Virus record (IMG/VR): IMGVR_UViG_3300042261_001309
Location: 63,117-127,116 of that record
DNA length: 64,000 nucleotides
Reading direction: 5' to 3' (one strand)
DNA from: a virus
Shown here: positions 58,365 through 64,000 of the stretch, piece by piece
How the letters are laid out: each line of letters begins with the position of its first letter
Position numbering within the stretch: the stretch's first letter is position 1
The notes under the pieces: model-generated
The model's database searches: none
The model's input: the letters and a program-made list of their open reading frames with translations, nothing else
What the model was told of the DNA's origin: nothing
Made by a program: the position numbers and the translations under genes

Positions 58365-59690
58365 TTAAACTGTATAATTTACGTTATGACTGAAATTACC
58401 TGTAACATCTTTAGCTGCCTCGGTGCGCAACAATTTCAATGCTGCATCTACCCGAGCGAAAATACCGTCACGAAAATACTGAATCTTAATTCGGCCGTTA
58501 GAACCTGGCTGTACCGGTACGTACCAAGTATCACCAGCGAATAAGCCCGTTGGGAAAGTTAAATTAGCGCCATTATCAACTGCAGCCATTTTAGCCGTAA
58601 GCCCAAGCGTACCAATATTATAATAAACGTTAGCTGAGGAAGTCTTAGGTAATACGTCAATGTAATTACCATCGATGCTTTCAACTGTGCTTATCCGTAA
58701 CTTGCCACAAGTGGCAGCATTATTACCGGTATACCAAGGACCAGCCCGAACAACTGATAAGATATATGTGGCATCACTTGCGCCGGCATATGCCTCAATG
58801 TCCGCGATAGCTGGAATGCACGTATTATATACAAACGTTGCTTGGGTACCGAGAGCTTCGCCACAATCTAAAGCGTCAACCATAACCAGTAATTCGTCAG
58901 CTGTGGTTAATTGATCTGTAGTGTTGGTGTAGCCAGAATCAAAGACTACGCTTACTACGTCGCCTGCGCTTAAATTAGCTGTCCCAAATCCAAACAACTT
59001 ACCGCCATGCATCGTCCAAGTAGGTGTACCGGAAGAACTAATAACTACTGTATCTGTACCTGTGCCTGAACCGATTGTGGCTTTTAATGTAATATCGTTA
59101 CCGGACACTGTCTTAACAAAATAAGCTTTATTCTCCTGTAAACCAGTAGGAAGTTCAGCATCTGCACCAGCAGTAAAATAAACCGGAGAATCTACAGCCA
59201 ATGTATTATCTGGAACGGTAATAGTATAATTACTAGTATTGATTCCTAGATTTGATTCAGAAAACAACGACTGCAAGATAACTACATTAGGCGCCGTTAC
59301 GTAGCTACTTGTACCTGGACTGGTAATTGTTACCGGCCCGCTATAATCTGTTGAACCGGTATTGGCCCTAGCATTTACTTTAAAATACGGGCCAGTATAA
59401 CCGTCAGCCCAAGCAGAACCAGTAGCGGCAAACATTGGGTCTTCTACACTAAACGTCTTCACATACGGAAAACCAGCCTTGAGCCGAATATACTCGTCAG
59501 CCAATGTAAAAGCGTTAAGATCTCCTTCAGGCCCAAAAGATCCGCCAATGTTAATAAGCGGATCGCCAAACTTACCGATTAATTCAAGATCGGACTTATT
59601 CCAAGTATCCCACAAAAACCTAAAAATATAGGTATCGTCGACGACTTGCTGCTCAACCTTTAAAATGTCGTTAGTATAAATAGTAGCCAT
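58365..59690 (-). CDS. virion structural protein sharing two domains with the tail sheath insert
   Basis: Direct similarity, e.g. YILSVVRAGPWYTG..TC..RIS vs sheath YTITVTRGGLFYTG..TC..RIS, IGTLGLTAK vs VGTKGLTAK, and GL.AGDTW vs GL.LGDSW. Confidence 0.65.
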   Translation of the reverse strand: MATIYTNDILKVEQQVVDDTYIFRFLWDTWNKSDLELIGKFGDPLINIGGSFGPEGDLNAFTLADEYIRLKAGFPYVKTFSVEDPMFAATGSAWADGYTGPYFKVNARANTGSTDYSGPVTITSPGTSSYVTAPNVVILQSLFSESNLGINTSNYTITVPDNTLAVDSPVYFTAGADAELPTGLQENKAYFVKTVSGNDITLKATIGSGTGTDTVVISSSGTPTWTMHGGKLFGFGTANLSAGDVVSVVFDSGYTNTTDQLTTADELLVMVDALDCGEALGTQATFVYNTCIPAIADIEAYAGASDATYILSVVRAGPWYTGNNAATCGKLRISTVESIDGNYIDVLPKTSSANVYYNIGTLGLTAKMAAVDNGANLTFPTGLFAGDTWYVPVQPGSNGRIKIQYFRDGIFARVDAALKLLRTEAAKDVTGNFSHNVNYTV

Positions 59691-59703
59691 ATTAACTCGT
59701 TAT

Positions 59704-61062
59704 TTACTTAATTGGATTGGCAGGTGACCCAATGCCTTCGCGCAGCAGCTTTTGTTTTGAAAAGTCAGTGTCAGTATCAATTAACTGTTTAGCATCAAAG
59801 GGTGACAATGCTTGACCAGCTGTCCTAGCTCGCAACTCGCTGCGCACTACTTCTTTTTCTTTGGACAACTCAGGAGCGACACGCAAAAACTGCTGATAAG
59901 CATCAACAATCTGTTTGGGATCCAAGCCAGATAAAACAGGGTCAGTTACAATCAGTTCCTGCAACATAAGCTTACGCTCAAGATTGTCAGAAGGTGAAGC
60001 AGAAGGAAGCATACTCTTTGGTGCGCCTTCAGCCGTAACAGTATTTTGTACTGTGCTAACAAGGCCATCAAGAATACCAGCACTCTTTTCCCACGCTGCT
60101 TCAAAGCCAATCTTCAATTTAGCTCGTTCCCATACCGGATCTACAAACTTAGGTTCTGCCACAACCTTTTCTTCCGCTTGCTTTTCGGCTGGCGCAGGTT
60201 CAACTTGATCTAAACTCTCACCAATCGTCTTGCGCAAATCAGTTACACCAGTCAGGTATTCCTCCATCTTGGCTTTCTTTTCAAGAACCACGGCGTTGGT
60301 TTTATTCCATTCGCTGGCATGCTTTAGAAACTTATTAAAAGTAAGCACTTCCTGGCACTCGTCAAAAAAGCGATATTTGTCGTCATGTACACCGCGCTTT
60401 TCTTTCAACCCGGCAGTCTTATGAATAAAGTCCAAATAAGGCAAAGCCCGATCTTTGTGTAAAGCGTAAGCTTGGGATTCAAACTCTTCGAAAGGCGTAC
60501 GATAGGCGGCTTCTTTCTTAAAATGCCCAACCAAGGACATCAAAGAATTGTACATCTTATCCTGTGCGTCATGCTGGGCTACTTTGGCGTTTAGCAATTC
60601 CTGTTCAAAGTCAATTCGGCTATTTTCGAAGTCGTCCCACCGGCTTTGCAATGAACGCGTATTTTCCAGATTATACTGCGCTTCTTTTTTTAGCTGCACA
60701 TAGGCTGCCTTAATGTTGGTGCGAGTAGAAAATTTATTAAAGTCAGGGATATCTTCATACATATCCACACTGACATGCTGGCTGGCCTTCTTGGTTGAGG
60801 TATCTTCCAAAAATAAGTCAGACGCAACTTTAGCCGCGTCAACAATTGGAAAATCAGCATCTTTGGCATCTGGATTATTTTTGAAGTGATTGTATGTGAG
60901 GGCTACGTTTATCACTTCCGAGGCACGTTTAATAAGATGCGTATTTAAATTCATCTCTTCGGCAATCTTGGTCACCGCTTCCTGCGGGGCTAGTTTTTCC
61001 TTATTGATGACAGAAGTAATACGCTCAACTGCCTGTTTCAGAATTTTTTCGGGAGCTTTCAT
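59704..61062 (-). CDS. K-x-A-rich head-region protein
   Basis: 452 aa, helical, with roughly 15 K-x-A motifs. Confidence 0.6.
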   Translation of the reverse strand: MKAPEKILKQAVERITSVINKEKLAPQEAVTKIAEEMNLNTHLIKRASEVINVALTYNHFKNNPDAKDADFPIVDAAKVASDLFLEDTSTKKASQHVSVDMYEDIPDFNKFSTRTNIKAAYVQLKKEAQYNLENTRSLQSRWDDFENSRIDFEQELLNAKVAQHDAQDKMYNSLMSLVGHFKKEAAYRTPFEEFESQAYALHKDRALPYLDFIHKTAGLKEKRGVHDDKYRFFDECQEVLTFNKFLKHASEWNKTNAVVLEKKAKMEEYLTGVTDLRKTIGESLDQVEPAPAEKQAEEKVVAEPKFVDPVWERAKLKIGFEAAWEKSAGILDGLVSTVQNTVTAEGAPKSMLPSASPSDNLERKLMLQELIVTDPVLSGLDPKQIVDAYQQFLRVAPELSKEKEVVRSELRARTAGQALSPFDAKQLIDTDTDFSKQKLLREGIGSPANPIK

Positions 61063-61081
61063 GTGTTGATATTCTTAAACT

Positions 61082-61110
61082 ATTTTAGCGAGTTAACACA
61101 ATCGAATCAA
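61082..61110 (-). promoter_or_regulatory. sigma70-like promoter
   Basis: TTGATT-N17-TAAAAT, followed by TTAAGAATA as in the sheath promoter. Confidence 0.55.
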
Positions 61111-61111
61111 A

Positions 61112-62173
61112 CTATTGTTGCGCTTCTGTATTTAACTCGTAAAACGGTTTAAAAGTGGGATTGGCATCTTTATGGCTTAATTCATTAACGGTGGCCTTGA
61201 GTAGCTTTAAATCTTCGTCCAATGGATCGTTCACGTTGCCTACGTTGATTTCCCGCTTAAGCTTCTCAACGTGCAATTCCATTAATTTCTGTTCCTGCTG
61301 CTTTACCTTAAGCTCTTCCCTTTGTACATTTAAACGAGCCAGATCACTAATAATGCGATTATACACAATAGCATCTTTATGCGACCTGGTAGAAAATTGA
61401 ATATTGAAAGTATTAACTAAAGCCGACTTGGCTAGGAAATCTGTTACTTGTGTGCGCTCGTCATCGTCTAAATCGAATCCACATACCTGGGCCTTAAGAC
61501 CTAAGGCACCTAAATCAAAAACTCGTTTATACAGCGAAAATTCATCCTGCTTAATATCTCCATTATTTGTCAGCTGTACCAGTAAAGCCCAACGAGCGAC
61601 TTTATCTTTGGGGAAATAATCAAAGTCGAAAAATATATAGTGTAAGGCCTGAATGGTTTTTATGGGCAACTTCCACTTAACCGCAATCTTACTATCCGGT
61701 TCTCCCGCAAATATCTGATAACCAATAAACCGCTTTATCTGCCCGTAGCTTTCATTTATATGCAATTGAATGGCGGCCGCGATATACGGGTTAGGCTCAA
61801 TATTGAACACATGCTTAATTAATCGCTTAAGCCACTTGTCGTTCAGGCCTTTCAGCTTTTTAACATTCCAGTTAACGAAATTAGTATACTCGGAAATATT
61901 CTCTACCCTTACCCGATTGCCTATACGTGACTTCCAAATCTTATTGGCTATTACAGCTAAATTATCCGGTAGTGTATTAAACACCTTCGGATACTTAATT
62001 ACCGTATAATCCAATCCTTTGGAAATTACCCTGGTCAGGTTATTTGCGTTATCCTCTTTTCGACTTCGATAATCCTTAAAATTAAACTTTTCAGGATTTT
62101 TAATCGCCTCGTATCGCCAAGCCGGATTTTGAAATGGCGTGCCTATTTTTTGATTTGGAACTTGAGCTGTCAC
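61112..62173 (-). CDS. hypothetical protein with a possible HTH and a C-terminal coiled coil
   Basis: 'DSKIAVKWKLPIKTIQ..H..FFD' is HTH-like; function unknown. Confidence 0.5.
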   Translation of the reverse strand: MTAQVPNQKIGTPFQNPAWRYEAIKNPEKFNFKDYRSRKEDNANNLTRVISKGLDYTVIKYPKVFNTLPDNLAVIANKIWKSRIGNRVRVENISEYTNFVNWNVKKLKGLNDKWLKRLIKHVFNIEPNPYIAAAIQLHINESYGQIKRFIGYQIFAGEPDSKIAVKWKLPIKTIQALHYIFFDFDYFPKDKVARWALLVQLTNNGDIKQDEFSLYKRVFDLGALGLKAQVCGFDLDDDERTQVTDFLAKSALVNTFNIQFSTRSHKDAIVYNRIISDLARLNVQREELKVKQQEQKLMELHVEKLKREINVGNVNDPLDEDLKLLKATVNELSHKDANPTFKPFYELNTEAQQ

Positions 62174-62179
62174 AACTAG

Positions 62180-62207
62180 AAAGGCCTAAGAAAGATATCT
62201 TAGGCCT
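62180..62207 (-). terminator. hairpin/terminator
   Basis: AGGCCTAAGA/TCTTAGGCCT 10-bp stem with a short T-tract. Confidence 0.5.
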
Positions 62208-62231
62208 GCAAAAACTTACATGTATTTATTC

Positions 62232-63308
62232 TTAGGCCATGCCTTGAGGCATTGGCGGGGCACCTGAAGCTTCTCCAGCCTCTTCACCGTGGTCAGCTTG
62301 AAACGCCTGAATCAATGCCGCTAGCTCTTGGGGATCAATTTGCTGATCTGCGCCTTGAGATGGCGCCTGTACACCTTGAGGAAGCCCACCACCTTTTTGA
62401 ATTTCAGCTAGGAGCAGTTCAATAAGCCGGGCTTCGTCTTCTTCAGACATCTGCTCGTTTTGACCTTCTGCTGATTCTTCAGGCATTCCTGGAGGAGTAC
62501 CTTGAGGGCCAGGACCACCTTGAGCTAGTGCATCCATAGGGCCGGCAGCTTTAAACAATTCGCCAGCTTCTTTTTGAGATAGCCCAGCATTTTTGGCCTC
62601 TTTGCAAAAACCGTTGAAAAAAGCCAACTTATAAATAGATTCTTGATTTAACATATTTTCTGAACTTTGTTTCTCTTTTTTATCTTCTTGTTTTTTAGGT
62701 CCGTCAATTAAACGTTTCGCACCACGATATCCACCGTAAGCAGCAGCAGTCGCAGCTGCAACGTTTAGCGGATTTACATGATGATCCCGTGAGCCGGGAT
62801 TTAGCATATTTTCTTTAAGCTTTTTAGCTAGCTCTGGCAACGTATCTGCGCTTGCACTTTGTTTAAAAAGGTTTGGAGTAGTCATCCTATCGTAACCCTC
62901 ATTAAGCAAACCTAAAGCGCCTAATCCACCTCCAGCTGCCGCAGTACCCTTTAAAGCTGTACCCGGAGTCATTTGTGCTTTTTCTAAAGCTGGAATTTTT
63001 ATACCTTTCGATGCTAAATACGCATATAGTTTTTCAGCGCCAGGTACGGCTTTAGGTGTCTTTAAATACTCGCCTGCAGCTGAAAGTCTAGGATTTACAG
63101 CATCGCTTACGGCCTTTTTTGATTTTGTTAAAAGTGCTAAAAGACGAGGCAACAAGCCATCCATGATGGTGCCTTTCCCTTTGCTTAAAAATGCACCAAA
63201 TCCAGCCTCTTTTTTGTTTAACTCAACAGCACCGCCAGCTTCAACTTTCTTTTTCTTTAAAGCATCTAGCTTGGCTTTAGTATCCTGTGGGTTGTTATAA
63301 AATGCCAT
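62232..63308 (-). CDS. modular K-x-A-segmented head-region protein
   Basis: Segments separated by KEA, KQS, KLA and KAA; Gly/Ala hydrophobic stretches; acidic Pro/Gln-rich C-terminus. Confidence 0.55.
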   Translation of the reverse strand: MAFYNNPQDTKAKLDALKKKKVEAGGAVELNKKEAGFGAFLSKGKGTIMDGLLPRLLALLTKSKKAVSDAVNPRLSAAGEYLKTPKAVPGAEKLYAYLASKGIKIPALEKAQMTPGTALKGTAAAGGGLGALGLLNEGYDRMTTPNLFKQSASADTLPELAKKLKENMLNPGSRDHHVNPLNVAAATAAAYGGYRGAKRLIDGPKKQEDKKEKQSSENMLNQESIYKLAFFNGFCKEAKNAGLSQKEAGELFKAAGPMDALAQGGPGPQGTPPGMPEESAEGQNEQMSEEDEARLIELLLAEIQKGGGLPQGVQAPSQGADQQIDPQELAALIQAFQADHGEEAGEASGAPPMPQGMA

Positions 63309-63357
63309 ATTTAATCCTATACTACCATTGTTTTATTTTTTGTGAAACTTAAATTGA

Positions 63358-64000
63358 TTAACGCCGGTTGCTGAACCACTTGATGGAATCCTCGATTAGC
63401 TTTTGATGGTTAGCGAGCTGCTGCTCTTTACCTGCGCGCTCTTGCTGCTGCCGATCATAAAATTGTTTCAATTGCTCTTCACTCGGAGGTACAACAATTG
63501 AAGGCCTTGAAACATCTTCTTTATAAGCTTGCGGGATATACATCGTTGAACCGGGTTCTTTAAATGGCTGCTCTAACTCTTTTTGTAGCCCTTGAATTCG
63601 ATTGCGTTCCGCAGCCGCTCCTTGTTGTGCTTCTAAATCCTTTCGAGCCGCGTTAGCCTCGTAAGCTCGATCCGATTGACGCTGTGCAAGATACGCCTCA
63701 TTTTGCGCTCGCTCTTTAGCAAATCGTGGATCGGTTTGCCCTTGTGCTGCTTGTAAATTTTCGCGTAATTGCTCTGGTACTTGTTCACCACTATCAATAC
63801 GTTTCTGTACGGATTTCCAGTAATTATCCTGCAATTGTCCAATTGAAGGTACAGGTTTTGCTACTTGTGCCACTGAAGGTACAGGTTTTGCTACTTGTGC
63901 CACTGAAGGTACAGGTTCTGCTACTTGTGCCACTGAAGGTACAGGTAAATTACGTATTTGCCAACCGGGCATTCCTTCTGGTGCGCGAATTCCGGCGGAT
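63358..64000 (-). CDS. low-complexity/coiled-coil protein (5' end probably outside the window)
   Basis: The frame stays open to the window end; Gln/Glu-rich coiled coil with tandem repeats. Confidence 0.55.
   Translation of the reverse strand, partial: SAGIRAPEGMPGWQIRNLPVPSVAQVAEPVPSVAQVAKPVPSVAQVAKPVPSIGQLQDNYWKSVQKRIDSGEQVPEQLRENLQAAQGQTDPRFAKERAQNEAYLAQRQSDRAYEANAARKDLEAQQGAAAERNRIQGLQKELEQPFKEPGSTMYIPQAYKEDVSRPSIVVPPSEEQLKQFYDRQQQERAGKEQQLANHQKLIEDSIKWFSNRR
63844..63946 (-). repeat. 30-bp coding tandem repeat (about 3.4 copies, PVPSVAQVA[K/E])
   Basis: The unit tgaaggtacaggtt(t/c)tgctacttgtgccac repeats head-to-tail with no spacers. Confidence 0.9.

Noticed and set aside
1650-62009. 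Numerous short + strand ORFs in the ORF track
   Set aside because: They are antisense shadows of well-supported minus-strand genes and carry no motifs.
63844-63946. CRISPR array
   Set aside because: The 30-bp units are contiguous with no unique spacers and encode an in-frame 10-aa repeat; no cas genes are present.
1-64000. Genome-wide TAG reassignment (alternative genetic code)
   Set aside because: Long genes are intact in code 11 and several end at TAG next to terminators, promoters or the next gene (e.g. 4098, 8997, 44018, 47682, 61112). Only one internal TAG was found.
1-64000. tRNA/rRNA genes, diversity-generating retroelement, integrase
   Set aside because: No cloverleaf-like sequence, reverse transcriptase, template/variable repeat pair or recombinase was recognised by eye; a tRNAscan/HMM run would be needed to exclude them fully.

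Overview
This window is part of a large, divergent contractile-tailed (myovirus-like, probably jumbo) phage genome, with almost all genes on the minus strand. From left to right it contains: (1) an SbcC/SbcD (Rad50/Mre11) nuclease pair; (2) an outer-membrane beta-barrel gene; (3) a DUF2997/DUF1257/DUF3150/Ycf46-like AAA ATPase module whose ATPase is split by a 1050-nt group I intron (6850-7899) carrying an HNH endonuclease and a small Zn-finger ORF; (4) an AT-hook protein, a GpA-like terminase large subunit (+ strand) and a GHMP-kinase-like gene; (5) a long baseplate/tail cluster with five tandem paralogues, a tail fibre, J-like and gp25-like wedge proteins, a nested sigma factor, hub, tape measure, chaperones, spike, tube, sheath and neck proteins; (6) a LigD-phosphoesterase/ATP-dependent ligase fusion, an amino-methyltransferase plus GNAT-like pair and a free-standing LAGLIDADG endonuclease; (7) the head cluster with major capsid, decoration, scaffold, prohead protease and many putative internal proteins. 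The most striking unexplained signal is a K-x-A motif that is dense in head-region proteins and appears as a short N-terminal leader on the ligase and a metallopeptidase, suggesting a protease-processing and head-packaging code. All functional calls come from motif recognition by eye; no searches were run.
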